Source: an uncultured Planctomycetaceae bacterium (GTDB lineage Bacteria > Planctomycetota > Planctomycetia > Planctomycetales > Planctomycetaceae). Taken from it: a stretch of DNA of 64,000 bases. Position numbers and translations under genes: made by a program. The stretch lies in contig CALSLT010000044.1 in NCBI GenBank assembly GCA_943787265.1, positions 1 through 64,000 on the forward strand, in the 5' to 3' direction. Position 1 is the stretch's first letter, and each line of letters opens with the position of its first letter. Positions 12,992-20,986 of this stretch are shown here, in pieces. The notes under the pieces were generated by a model that was not told where the DNA came from, did no database searches, and was given only the letters and a program-made list of their open reading frames with translations.

Positions 12992-15900
12992 CTACTTCTC
13001 AAGAAACATTTTGCTGTTCACCACAAAACGAATCATATCCTGCATTCGGTAGCCACCGGCCCTCAATCCTACCCCGTTTTCCTTCAGGAACTCAATCTCG
13101 TTGTAGGTCAGGCTGCGACCAATCGCGTACGCCGACAGATGTTTCAGCAAACTGAACGCAACCTGATCAATCCGATCTTCCGCAAGATACGTCTTCAACG
13201 CGTTCAAATCGGCAATCTCGGTTTCATCCGGCAGTGTCGAACTGGCGTCAATCTTTTCATCGCGTTTCAACAGCCCACCGGCGTCGAAGTGTTCGAACGG
13301 AATCCCCCACGGATCAATTCCTTCGTGACACTTCGCACACCCCGGCTGATTGCGATGCTGCTCCAGCTTCTGACGAAGTGTCGGCTTCGAATTTTCCTCA
13401 GGCAGCGCCGGGACATTCGGTGGAGGATCGTCCGGCGGTTCGGCGATGATCTTTCGAGCCAGCCAGGCACCTCGCTTCACGGGGTTGGATTCTCGTCCGT
13501 CGGACAAACCGGCGAGGATTCCGGCGTTGGTTAAGACGCCTCCGAGATTCTTGCGGTCATGCGGAATGGCGACGAAGTCGAAACCCCGCTCCGTCCTGTC
13601 TCCGAGGTCGTAGTAGCTTGCAACGACTTCGTTGGCGACGATGAAGTCTGCTTGAACGAGGTCCCGCAATGGACGGTTCTGCCGAATGAGATATTGAACA
13701 AGCTGCACCGGTTCATCGCGCAACTGCCTCTTCGTGTCACGAGTTAACTTCGGGTATTGCCTGCGGTCGATCTCGACGACTTCAAACTTGTCAAGCTGCA
13801 GCCACTGCGAAACGAACTCGCTGGTGAACTGTTCGAACTGCGGGTCGCCGATCATTCGCTCAATTTCCGCATCGATCGAGTCGTGCAACTTGTTGCTGGT
13901 CGCCAGTTCTCGGATTTGCTCGTCCGGCGAAGCGTTCCACAAAAAGTACGACAACTTCGAAGCGAGTTCGTACTCGTCAAGAAGTTCGCCGTCCGGGCTG
14001 CTGCTGTTTTCAGTCAGAAACAGGAACTGCGGAGAAGTCAGTGCGACAAGAAGTGCATCCTTCACACTTTCCGTAAAATTCTGTGATTCTGAAAACGAAC
14101 TTTCATAAACGGCGAACAGGGATGCGGCTTCCACATCCGAAACAGGTCGACGAAACGCGCGAGTCGCAAAGTTTCGAATAACCTCTTTCGCATAAGCAGG
14201 CTGATCGTCTTTGTGATTCGAGTCGATAAAGATCCGCTGGTGAGTCGCCGGCGGCCAGGTCTCGTAGTAAGGACCTTCGAACTCGACAGACCGGACCAGC
14301 ATTCGCGGCATGTCGCGACCATCGGTGTACTCACTGCGGACGCCGATCTCGCGGACGCCGGCCAGGTAGTTGTCGTTTTCTTTCTGCACGTCCGGACTGG
14401 GGAAGTTGCCGATCGCCCCTTCAAAGACGTAAGTCGTGAGGTCAGTGCCGGATACCGTCTGAGCCTTCCCAACCTGAGTCAGCGTGCTGCCACAGTCACG
14501 CCGCAATCCAACGTGAACTCCGAGTCGTGGCACGCGTTGCTCGAACGTTGCAAATTGTTGGCCAGATTCAGATGCCTCATCAACACGGCTGAAGACGATG
14601 TGATGAGGATTTGCAGCTCCGCCGTATTTGCTGGTGACTTCAACCTCTCCGGCCGGCAGCCGCACCGTCAGGAAGGCTGGCTGATGCAGAGTGCCCGCGA
14701 AATGCCTCTCGCCTATTTGAAGATTGAGAGACTTGGGTTTCTCTGGCGGAGGCGGTTGGACGAACTTTCGTCCGGGCTCGATCAACGCCTGCAGTTCGGA
14801 AATTTCCAGGGCACGACGGAAGAAATGCACCTCATCAATTTCGCCCTTGAACTGCTGAGCGTCCTGAATCCGACCGATGTGCAGGGCGACGGCGGGGTTG
14901 TCTAGGTTAGTCGGAGCAACGGTTCCGGCAGCGACTTTGTAGCCGTTGACGAACAATTCCGTCTGCTCTGATCCGCGTCGGACGACAGCCGCTACGTGCT
15001 GCCATTTGTTCTTTCGAATGATGCCTGCCCGCGTGGCAACCGTGCCGTTCGGCTGGTTTGCCGGATTGACCGTTTCGATACGCAGCACGCCGCGGTTATT
15101 CGGCATGTCAAAATACCAGCCGTGCGTCCAACTGTATTTCCCCAGGCAGAAGATGCCGCTTTGACGCAGTTCGTGCGGACGTATCCAGGCGGCGATTGTG
15201 AAGTCACCCTCGCCCACGTTCATCGATTCGTCGCGAGAAATGACGACGGCATCGCCATTTCCATCCAACGAAATCGCCTGGCCGAACGGCGACTTCACAA
15301 ACTTCGCATCACCGACAAGTTGGCCTTCTTGCTTGAGACTCTCCGGACGCGAAGTCGTGTCCCCATTGAGTGACCAGGCTCCGGCAAGTTTCTCGGAAAG
15401 TCGCGAAGCATCGGAAGGAACAGTTTCGTCGTGAGGTGCCTCGAGAAAAACGCCGGCCTGATAAATGCCAGCTGCCTTAACATTCAAAGTCTGCGTGGAA
15501 TCGAGGTTGCTGATGGTTAATGACTCCGCAGCCGACTGATCGACAGGTTTAACGCCCGGCTCCAACAGCAGTCCATCGTCGTACTTCGCGGCTTTCACCG
15601 TCACGCGAAATTGTCCGTGGTCCGGTAATTCTCGCAGCGAGACTTTGAAGTTGGCCTGCGGTCCGTACGTGCTCTCAACCTGAAAGAGTTCGGCACTCGG
15701 CACCGACGGCCTCAGCAGCAACCCCTCCGGAACCGTCTGGTACGCAAGCCCTTTGGGATATCCATCCTTGCCGCGGACGCAGGCAAACACCGAGTGATAA
15801 ATGCTGACGTAATCTCTCCAGCCGCGAACTGTCGAGTTTCCCTGGTAACCCTCGTTGAATCGGTACTTAGTCCGCATGAAGAACGGATCAAAGTCGAAAG

Positions 15901-16441
15901 GTTTCTCTGCCGTGAGTTGAGTCACCACGAAATCCTGGTTCGGCAGGAGTCGATTCAACGCACCTAGGATCAGCCGCTCGGGAAACGGCTTCGGATTGAT
16001 GCCCGCTCCGAGTTCCATTCGAAAGTTCTGAATCGAGGGCTTCGCATCAACATCGACGATGCACCGGTCCAACGCCTTCTCGGCGACGTCGAAGTAAGCC
16101 TCTATCAGAAGAGGTGACAACTCCATCGTCTGACCGTTGTTGAGAAACCCATCCTTCGATACCCCGTCGGCAGGCAGGACGTCAGCAAGATTGTCCTCAA
16201 GCCCCAGGAGATCTCGCAGCGTGTTCCGATACTGAGCGACCGTCAGCCGCCGCACCGAACCATTCTTCTCCGCGTTGCGTGACCTGGCTGCGATCAACGC
16301 CTGCTCGATCCAGTCAACCAGCAATTTCCGTTCATCGGCGGTTGGCTGAGGCTCATCTTCCGGCGGCATCGCCTCGTCTTCTACTTGCTTCAGAATATCG
16401 TTCCAAAGAAACAGATGCCGATCTTCCAGCGAGCCATCCAA
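12992..16441 (-). CDS. DUF1592 / DUF1595 / DUF1587 / DUF1588 / DUF1585 multi-domain protein (PSCyt3 family); N-terminus frameshifted
   Basis: 1149-aa ORF. The expected N-terminal heme motif ([14 protein letters not shown]) is encoded by the separate ORF 16353-16556 in another frame, joined across a G5 run at about 16452-16456. The true gene is probably about 12992-16556 or longer. Confidence 0.75.
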   Translation of the reverse strand: MDGSLEDRHLFLWNDILKQVEDEAMPPEDEPQPTADERKLLVDWIEQALIAARSRNAEKNGSVRRLTVAQYRNTLRDLLGLEDNLADVLPADGVSKDGFLNNGQTMELSPLLIEAYFDVAEKALDRCIVDVDAKPSIQNFRMELGAGINPKPFPERLILGALNRLLPNQDFVVTQLTAEKPFDFDPFFMRTKYRFNEGYQGNSTVRGWRDYVSIYHSVFACVRGKDGYPKGLAYQTVPEGLLLRPSVPSAELFQVESTYGPQANFKVSLRELPDHGQFRVTVKAAKYDDGLLLEPGVKPVDQSAAESLTISNLDSTQTLNVKAAGIYQAGVFLEAPHDETVPSDASRLSEKLAGAWSLNGDTTSRPESLKQEGQLVGDAKFVKSPFGQAISLDGNGDAVVISRDESMNVGEGDFTIAAWIRPHELRQSGIFCLGKYSWTHGWYFDMPNNRGVLRIETVNPANQPNGTVATRAGIIRKNKWQHVAAVVRRGSEQTELFVNGYKVAAGTVAPTNLDNPAVALHIGRIQDAQQFKGEIDEVHFFRRALEISELQALIEPGRKFVQPPPPEKPKSLNLQIGERHFAGTLHQPAFLTVRLPAGEVEVTSKYGGAANPHHIVFSRVDEASESGQQFATFEQRVPRLGVHVGLRRDCGSTLTQVGKAQTVSGTDLTTYVFEGAIGNFPSPDVQKENDNYLAGVREIGVRSEYTDGRDMPRMLVRSVEFEGPYYETWPPATHQRIFIDSNHKDDQPAYAKEVIRNFATRAFRRPVSDVEAASLFAVYESSFSESQNFTESVKDALLVALTSPQFLFLTENSSSPDGELLDEYELASKLSYFLWNASPDEQIRELATSNKLHDSIDAEIERMIGDPQFEQFTSEFVSQWLQLDKFEVVEIDRRQYPKLTRDTKRQLRDEPVQLVQYLIRQNRPLRDLVQADFIVANEVVASYYDLGDRTERGFDFVAIPHDRKNLGGVLTNAGILAGLSDGRESNPVKRGAWLARKIIAEPPDDPPPNVPALPEENSKPTLRQKLEQHRNQPGCAKCHEGIDPWGIPFEHFDAGGLLKRDEKIDASSTLPDETEIADLNALKTYLAEDRIDQVAFSLLKHLSAYAIGRSLTYNEIEFLKENGVGLRAGGYRMQDMIRFVVNSKMFLEK

Positions 16442-16981
16442 CTGATCGACCCGAATCCCCCGAGGTCATCTCGTCAACGTTGTGACACCTCTGGCAGTAC
16501 TTCTGAATCAGCGGTTGGACCCTTAACTGCAAAGGCGTCTTGTTCTGCGGCCTCAAGGACTCTGCTCACTAGAACTAGGGACTACCAGAAAATACAAATG
16601 AAGATTCTTCATGCTCAGGCCAGAGATTTGGTCGTGCTGATTGGAAATCGTTCGCAAGGGTCTCTATTTCTAAACGATCATCGTTTGGTGGACCACCGGA
16701 TGTTGATCTCACGAAAACTTTCAATTTCATAGAAATCGCGCGAACAAAGTCGAGTGCTCGAGCATCTAACTGCCAACCAACGCGACGAGGTCAACTGACT
16801 TCGCTGCAACAAACAAGTCAACTCATAACGAATAGTCCGGGTACAAGCACGATGATGGTTTTCAGCTTAGGTCTTATAGGCGAACAGAGTGGATCGGAAA
16901 GGTTTGCTGATCAATCAGTGAATCTGCTCCCGAGCCCCCTGCGCTTGTGACACCTGGCAAAAACCTCTCGTGTGAGAACCA

Positions 16982-17016
16982 AAGCCCGGTGTCATCCAGA
17001 CATCGGGCTTTTTTCG
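16982..17016 (+). terminator. rho-independent terminator immediately upstream of the tRNA array
   Basis: GCCCGGTG-TCATCCAGA-CATCGGGC followed by TTTTTT. Confidence 0.55.
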
Positions 17017-17100
17017 TGTGCCGAGGGCACTTGATACGAGCTACCGCTCGTGAGTTGTGATCGGGAGCTGACCACGAAGGCACGAGAACTGACGGAACAT

Positions 17101-17173
17101 GGAGCGGTAGCTTAGACGGAAAAAGCGTCCGGTTGAAGCCCGGAAGAGACGGGTTCGAGCACCGTCCGCTCCA
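17101..17173 (+). tRNA. tRNA-Phe(GAA)
   Basis: Acceptor GGAGCGG/CCGCTCC, anticodon stem TCCGG/CCGGA, loop TTGAAGC, T-loop TTCGAGC. The T-stem has one mismatch. Confidence 0.7.
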
Positions 17174-17230
17174 CTTGGATGATTCGGATTCGACGAGTTC
17201 GAAGAAGCGACTCGATGGAAAACTCAATAC

Positions 17231-17303
17231 GCCCCGTTCTTCTAAAGGCTCAGGATGCTGGCCTCTCATGTCGGCGATGCAGGTTCGAATCCTGTACGGG
17301 GGT
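17231..17303 (+). tRNA. tRNA-Glu(CTC), slightly irregular
   Basis: Anticodon stem CTGGC/GTCGG, loop CTCTCAT; T-arm GCAGG-TTCGAAT-CCTGT. Position 1:72 is a G.G mismatch and the D/26 region is atypical. Confidence 0.55.
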
Positions 17304-17325
17304 ACTTTCAAAACCAAACGTACTT

Positions 17326-17401
17326 CGGGATGTAGCGTAGTCTGGCTAACGCGCCTGGTTTGGGGACCAGGAGATCGCAGGTTCAAATCCTGTCATCCCG
17401 A
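17326..17401 (+). tRNA. tRNA-Pro(TGG) variant with 8-nt anticodon loop
   Basis: Acceptor CGGGATG/CATCCCG (C1:G72, Pro-like), D-stem GCGT/ACGC, anticodon stem CCTGG/CCAGG enclosing TTTGGGGA (8 nt). Alternative fold is a 6-bp stem with a 6-nt loop. Confidence 0.55.
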
Positions 17402-17509
17402 CTGCGGCCCAGGCCGCTTTGATGCCGTGGTCAGCGGAAACGGATTACAACGCTGAGTGCGGCGAGGACGTCGTGGGCATCCAAAAGGGACGCTCATAAA
17501 ACGAAGTAG

Positions 17510-17583
17510 AGGGGTGTGGCGGAGTTGGTCACCGTGCCTGATTTGGAGTCAGGAGATCGCAGGTTCGAATCCTGTCACCCCGA
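17510..17583 (+). tRNA. tRNA-Pro(TGG)
   Basis: Anticodon stem CCTGA/TCAGG, loop TTTGGAG; D-stem GCGG/CCGT; T-arm GCAGG-TTCGAAT-CCTGT. Position 1:72 is A.G mismatched. Confidence 0.65.
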
Positions 17584-17667
17584 ATGCAGCCAAGGCTGCT
17601 TTGTTGTCGAGTTCAGCGGAATGACAAACAACACTGAAGGCGGCAAGTTCGCGAAAAGAAAAATCAT

Positions 17668-17740
17668 AGCCCGGTCGTTCAACGGTCAAGGACGCCGTCC
17701 TGATAAGGCGGAGACGAAGGTTCGACTCCTTCTCGGGCTA
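17668..17740 (+). tRNA. tRNA-Ile(GAT)
   Basis: Acceptor AGCCCGG/TCGGGCT, anticodon stem CCGTC/GGCGG, loop CTGATAA, T-arm GAAGG-TTCGACT-CCTTC. Confidence 0.8.
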
Positions 17741-17888
17741 CTGCGGCCCAGGCCGCTCTTAAGCCGTGGTCAGTGGAAACCGTAAACAACACTTACTGCG
17801 GCGAGTTCTTCTTTCCGCAAAGAAACAACTGAAAGACGAATGTCATGGCTACGTTACATCGTTTGAAACAGATACCCACCCTCAACGC

Positions 17889-17960
17889 GAGGTCGTGGTG
17901 TAACGGCAGCACATCGGTCTTTTAAACCGACCAGTGAGGGTTCGAATCCCTCCGGCCTCA
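17889..17960 (+). tRNA. tRNA-Lys(TTT)
   Basis: Acceptor GAGGTCG/CGGCCTC, D-stem GTGT/GCAC, anticodon stem TCGGT/ACCGA, loop CTTTTAA, T-arm GAGGG-TTCGAAT-CCCTC. Confidence 0.8.
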
Positions 17961-18007
17961 TTGAGCGGTGAGTCGCAACCAGCGGATACGCAAAAGCGAT
18001 TCGCCTG

Positions 18008-18079
18008 CGGCCCGTAGCTCAATGGTGAGAGCAGGCTCCTTATAAGGGCACGACGACGGTTCGAATCCGTCCGGGCCGA
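18008..18079 (+). tRNA. tRNA-Ile(TAT) candidate
   Basis: Acceptor CGGCCCG/CGGGCCG, D-stem GCTC/GAGC, anticodon stem GGCTC/GGGCA (27:43 G.A), loop CTTATAA, T-arm GACGG-TTCGAAT-CCGTC. Confidence 0.6.
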
Positions 18080-18093
18080 ATGAGAGGATCACA

Positions 18094-18339
18094 ATGAAAA
18101 CCAAACAGTACAGACAATGTCGACTTCAACGTGGCAACGCCGTTCGAGTGAGCTGGTTGCCGGCTCAATACGCAGTCGAAGGACGAGTTCTAAAGCTGCG
18201 TGACAACGACGTATGGTCAAACGGCTGGGTCGTCAAAGACGCATACAAAGAAAGCGATCGAGACGTGGCTCCTGATACTCGGCGAGCGGTCAGGAAACAT
18301 CGACAAGCCTCGGGAGACGCTCTTCCGAGGCGTGCATAA
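18094..18339 (+). CDS. hypothetical small basic protein (81 aa) inside the tRNA array
   Basis: ATG preceded by GAGAGGA at appropriate spacing. Arg/Lys-rich, no recognisable domain. Confidence 0.4.
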   Translation: MKTKQYRQCRLQRGNAVRVSWLPAQYAVEGRVLKLRDNDVWSNGWVVKDAYKESDRDVAPDTRRAVRKHRQASGDALPRRA

Positions 18340-18346
18340 CGAAGCG

Positions 18347-18419
18347 GGATCGAGGTGTTAGCGGCAGCACATCCGGCTCTTAACCGGACAGGTGAGGGTT
18401 CGAGCCCCTCCGATCCCAA
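18347..18419 (+). tRNA. tRNA-Lys(CTT)
   Basis: Acceptor GGGATCG/CGATCCC, anticodon stem TCCGG/CCGGA, loop CTCTTAA, T-arm GAGGG-TTCGAGC-CCCTC. Confidence 0.8.
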
Positions 18420-18524
18420 TTCTATTTTTACTCTCGACGCGACTCGGAAATCACCCAACTGCGATCAGGATGCGCACACACCGCACGCTCAAAAACAGTT
18501 CATCAATCATCACTCAACGAAGCA

Positions 18525-18596
18525 CTAGTCGTCCAGCGGCTAAGACACCGCACTCGTAATGCGGCAACGTGAGTTCGAGTCTCACCTGGTGCTCTA
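18525..18596 (+). tRNA. tRNA-Thr(CGT)
   Basis: Acceptor GCACTAG/CTGGTGC, anticodon stem CCGCA/TGCGG, loop CTCGTAA, T-arm GTGAG-TTCGAGT-CTCAC. D-stem pairing is weak. Confidence 0.65.
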
Positions 18597-18628
18597 ACGG
18601 TTCTTTGACAATCTGGCACTGAAATATC

Positions 18629-18699
18629 GCGCCCATGATGTAGCGGTAGCCTACCGCCTTGCCAAGGCGGAAGTGCGGGTTCAACTCCCGCTGGGCGCT
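18629..18699 (+). tRNA. tRNA-Gly(GCC)
   Basis: Acceptor GCGCCCA/TGGGCGC, D-stem GTAG/CTAC, anticodon stem CCGCC/GGCGG, loop TTGCCAA, T-arm GCGGG-TTCAACT-CCCGC. The 8-9 connector is 4 nt and position 26 is missing. Confidence 0.65.
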
Positions 18700-18884
18700 T
18701 GCAAACCGGGTGTTTGCATCGGGTGGCGTTGGCGTGTCGGGTCTGCTCCGAGGTCGGTGTTCGCACCGGGCACGTCGATGGGCTTCGGTTTGCTGAAGAG
18801 AAAATTACGCGGAACGTTCAAGCCGAATCGGTTGACGATCGCATGTCGACTTCAATCGGCTATCGATCCAAGCGTTCCGTTTGG

Positions 18885-18956
18885 TGCGGTGTGGCCAAAT
18901 GGTAAGGCAGCTCCCTGTTAAGGAGACGATTGCAGGTTCGAATCCTGCTACCGCAG
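18885..18956 (+). tRNA. tRNA-Asn(GTT)
   Basis: T1:A72 and discriminator G; anticodon stem GCTCC/GGAGA, loop CTGTTAA, T-arm GCAGG-TTCGAAT-CCTGC. Confidence 0.75.
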
Positions 18957-19019
18957 CTTGTGTGCAAGTCCAGAGTTGAGTGTCGAGTGTCCATAGATAC
19001 TGGCTGACTCTCATCTCCG

Positions 19020-19104
19020 GACTCTTTCGGAAGCCAACCGGCTGGATCAGGAGCCTGTTTCGAAAACAGGTGCGGGCGAACGTCCGTTGTGGGTTCAAGT
19101 CCCA
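19020..19104 (+). tRNA. tRNA-Ser(CGA), long variable arm
   Basis: 85 nt. Acceptor GGAAGCC/GGCTTCC, discriminator G, anticodon stem CCTGT/ACAGG, loop TTCGAAA, T-arm GTGGG-TTCAAGT-CCCAC. Confidence 0.8.
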
Positions 19105-19140
19105 CGGCTTCCGCTCTGCAGAACATCGGCCAAGAGCACT

Positions 19141-19190
19141 GTCCGTTCGATGTTCAGCGTTGGATGTTGAATGTTCGATGTTCATCACGT
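19141..19190. repeat. GATGTTCGA-type short repeat cluster (copy A)
   Basis: CGATGTTCAGCGTTGGATGTTGAATGTTCGATGTTCATC; a related palindromic cluster lies at 24937-25020. Confidence 0.6.
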
Positions 19191-19260
19191 GCCTCTGACC
19201 GAGCGGCAAAGGTACCGGGTTTCCATTCCGGACAGGCGGGTTCGACTCCCGCGAGGCACT
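19189..19260 (+). tRNA. tRNA-Gly(TCC)
   Basis: Acceptor GTGCCTC/GAGGCAC, discriminator T, anticodon stem CCGGG/TCCGG, loop TTTCCAT, T-arm GCGGG-TTCGACT-CCCGC. D-stem is weak. Confidence 0.65.
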
Positions 19261-19350
19261 CTTGAGACAGGGATCGCTAGCAGAAACACGGAACAGTAGG
19301 ACCGACGGGGCGGTGGCTGTTCCGTGTTTGCTGCGGGGAGTGATCCACTC

Positions 19351-19425
19351 TGCGGGGTAGTTTCTGCTGGTAGAAATACGCGACTTTGAATCGCGTGTCT
19401 GCAGGTTCGATTCCTGCCCCCGCAA
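19351..19425 (+). tRNA. tRNA-Gln(TTG)
   Basis: T1:A72; D-stem GTTT/AAAT; anticodon stem CGCGA/TCGCG, loop CTTTGAA; T-arm GCAGG-TTCGATT-CCTGC. Confidence 0.8.
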
Positions 19426-19495
19426 CTGCGTACGACATGGTCGGCTTGTTCGAGTTTCCGCTCGGACAAGGATCGAAAATCAATCGGAAGAGACT

Positions 19496-19566
19496 ATTGC
19501 GGGATCGTTTAACGGCAAGACACAGCGCTCTGAACGCTGAGATGTTGGTTCGAATCCAGCTCCCGT
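19496..19566 (+). tRNA. tRNA-Gln(CTG)
   Basis: Acceptor TGCGGGA/TCCCGTA, D-stem GTTT/AGAC, anticodon stem CAGCG/CGCTG, loop CTCTGAA, T-arm GTTGG-TTCGAAT-CCAGC. Confidence 0.75.
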
Positions 19567-19633
19567 AACTTCGCGTGATCGCATCGTTCGATCTGCCGCC
19601 AGGTGATCAAGTTGCGATTACACAACGACTACG

Positions 19634-19718
19634 GAAGTCATCCGGCTGGATGAGGGCTCTGTCTTGAAAACAGAGGCGGGTAAACGCCCGTTGTGGGTTC
19701 GAGGCCCACGGCTTCCGC
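19634..19718 (+). tRNA. tRNA-Ser(TGA), long variable arm
   Basis: 85 nt. Acceptor GGAAGTC/GGCTTCC, discriminator G, anticodon stem TCTGT/ACAGA, loop CTTGAAA, T-arm GTGGG-TTCGAGG-CCCAC. Confidence 0.8.
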
Positions 19719-19795
19719 CTCGGAAAGGCAGAAACCAGAAGACAGAAGGATGGATAGTTTTCAGCCTTCGGCCTTTTGATTTCAGCCTTTCACAC

Positions 19796-19868
19796 GGTCC
19801 TGTGGCCTAGCGGCGAAGGCAACTCCCTTACAAGGAGACAATCGGTGGTTCGAGTCCACCCAGGATCA
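19796..19868 (+). tRNA. tRNA-Val(TAC)
   Basis: Acceptor GGTCCTG/CAGGATC, anticodon arm ACTCC-CTTACAA-GGAGA (compare E. coli CCTCCCTTACAAGGAGG), T-arm GGTGG-TTCGAGT-CCACC. Confidence 0.75.
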
Positions 19869-19873
19869 CTTAG

Positions 19874-19943
19874 TCCCGAGTATGCCAATGGAAGAGCAGT
19901 CCGAATTGTCGGATGGTTGCAGGTTCGATTCCTGCCTCGGGGC
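19874..19943 (+). tRNA. tRNA-like gene, anticodon undetermined (degenerate)
   Basis: Good acceptor (TCCCGAG/CTCGGGG) and T-arm (GCAGG-TTCGATT-CCTGC). The anticodon arm folds only as GTCCG-AATTGT-CGGAT (6-nt loop) or with an 8-nt loop; the D-stem is unpaired. 70 nt. Confidence 0.35.
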
Positions 19944-19949
19944 CCACAC

Positions 19950-20022
19950 GGCACCGTAGCCCAACGGCAGAGGCAGTCGTTTCAAACGCAACAAAGTGTG
20001 AGTTCGAATCTCACCGGTGCCA
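19950..20022 (+). tRNA. class-I (short variable arm) tRNA with Leu anticodon CAA
   Basis: Acceptor GGCACCG/CGGTGCC, D-arm GCCC-AACGGCAG-AGGC, anticodon stem GTCGT/GCAAC (one C.A mismatch), loop TTCAAAC, variable AAAGT only, T-arm GTGAG-TTCGAAT-CTCAC. Confidence 0.5.
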
Positions 20023-20039
20023 TTCAAAACTTACAACAC

Positions 20040-20114
20040 GCCCCTGCAGAGCAGCCAGGAGTGCTCGCCATCCTGTCACGATGGAGACCGTCGGTTCGAA
20101 TCCGATCGGGGGTG
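20040..20114 (+). tRNA. tRNA-Asp(GTC)
   Basis: D-stem GAGC/GCTC, anticodon stem CCATC/GATGG, loop CTGTCAC, discriminator G, T-arm GTCGG-TTCGAAT-CCGAT. Confidence 0.8.
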
Positions 20115-20191
20115 CTTGTGAAAGGCGGAAGGATGAGGGCAGAAGGATGATTTGAATTCAGCCTTCATCCTTCTGACGTCAGCCTTCATAC

Positions 20192-20263
20192 GACGCGGTA
20201 GCCCAATGCAGAGGCAACCGGTTTAAGCCCGGTCAAGTGCGGGTTCGAGTCCCGCTCGCGTCA
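20192..20263 (+). tRNA. class-I (short variable arm) tRNA with Leu anticodon TAA
   Basis: Acceptor GACGCGG/TCGCGTC, D-arm GCCC-AATGCAG-AGGC, perfect anticodon stem ACCGG/CCGGT, loop TTTAAGC, variable CAAGT, T-arm GCGGG-TTCGAGT-CCCGC. Confidence 0.55.
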
Positions 20264-20280
20264 CTCGAAGAAATCATTGC

Positions 20281-20352
20281 GGCCCATTCGTCTAGTGGAG
20301 AGGACACCTGGTTTTCATCCAGGCAACGGGAGTTCGATTCTCCCATGGGTCA
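20281..20352 (+). tRNA. tRNA-Glu(TTC)
   Basis: TTCGTCTAGTGGAGAGGACACC D-arm as in E. coli tRNA-Glu; anticodon stem CCTGG/CCAGG, loop TTTTCAT; T-arm GGGAG-TTCGATT-CTCCC. Confidence 0.8.
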
Positions 20353-20367
20353 CTTTCGAAAATACAC

Positions 20368-20441
20368 AGCATCGTAGCCCAATTGGCAGAGGCGCCTGGT
20401 TTAGGTCCAGGAGGTTGAGAGTTCGAATCTCTCCGGTGCTA
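20368..20441 (+). tRNA. class-I (short variable arm) tRNA with Leu anticodon TAG
   Basis: Acceptor AGCATCG/CGGTGCT, D-arm GCCC-AATTGGCAG-AGGC, anticodon stem CCTGG/CCAGG, loop TTTAGGT, variable AGGTT, T-arm GAGAG-TTCGAAT-CTCTC. Confidence 0.55.
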
Positions 20442-20524
20442 CTTGAGTCAAAAGATGAGAGACCAGAGGCCAGAGGTTTTGCAGCATTCACGCTGGTCTC
20501 TGGTCTCTCGACTCTGAACTCAAT

Positions 20525-20610
20525 GGGCTTTGCTCCTCACGGCGGTCTGTAAAACCGTTGTCGGAAAACAAGTGAGGTGGTGACGAGAGGTTCAATTCCT
20601 TCAAGGCCCA
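20525..20610 (+). pseudogene. tRNA-Tyr(GTA)-like gene lacking a D-arm (aberrant or pseudo-tRNA)
   Basis: Acceptor GGGCTTT/AAGGCCC, discriminator A; anticodon stem GCGGT/ACCGT, loop CTGTAAA; long extra region; T-loop TTCAATT. Only 10 nt lie between acceptor and anticodon stem, so no D-arm can form. Confidence 0.4.
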
Positions 20611-20627
20611 ATCCAGAACGAAATCAC

Positions 20628-20710
20628 GGCCAGGTGGTGGAACGGTAGACACGCGACGCTCAGAACGTCGTGCCGCTTAAGGCATGGGAGTTCGAATCTC
20701 CCCCTGGTCA
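20628..20710 (+). tRNA. tRNA-Leu(CAG), canonical class II
   Basis: 83 nt. Acceptor GGCCAGG/CCTGGTC, discriminator A, GGTGGTGGAACGGTAGACACGC D-arm, anticodon stem CGACG/CGTCG, loop CTCAGAA, long variable arm, T-arm GGGAG-TTCGAAT-CTCCC. Confidence 0.85.
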
Positions 20711-20905
20711 TTAAAGAGTTGAAAGTAAATAGTTGATTGCTGATAGCAACTGCGAACATAGATGTCAGCAGCCGACTCCATCTCTCAACTATCGACTTTC
20801 AACCATCTACTTAATGCAGGTGTGGCAGGTGCCCAGTTGGCTCTCATAAGGCCGACCTCCCCGGATCGTTACCGGGACCTGCGACTTGCAATTTCTGATC
20901 AACAT

Positions 20906-20974
20906 CGCGGGTGGGCGAGTGCTCATCGGGGCCTCATAAGCCTCGACGGCCAGGTGCGACTCCTGGACCCGCTT
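20906..20974 (+). pseudogene. initiator tRNA-fMet(CAT)-like gene with truncated D-loop
   Basis: 5' CGCGGGTGG as in E. coli tRNA-fMet; C1 unpaired with position 72; anticodon stem GGGGC/GCCTC with three G:C pairs at 29-31:39-41; loop CTCATAA. T-arm CCAGG-TGCGACT-CCTGG has G at position 55. Only 69 nt; the D-arm is about 4-5 nt short. Confidence 0.4.
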
Positions 20975-20986
20975 CTTTCGCAACAC

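Noticed and set aside
16874-17386. 170-aa minus-strand ORF and 17133-17456 plus-strand ORF
   Set aside because: They overlap the intrinsic terminator and the first tRNAs of the array; no domain similarity.
18700-18884. Possible additional tRNA in the 185-bp spacer (T-loop-like GGTGTTCGCACC and GTTCAAG)
   Set aside because: No acceptor-stem complementarity and no foldable T-stem; treated as spacer containing a GCAAAC...GTTTGC hairpin.
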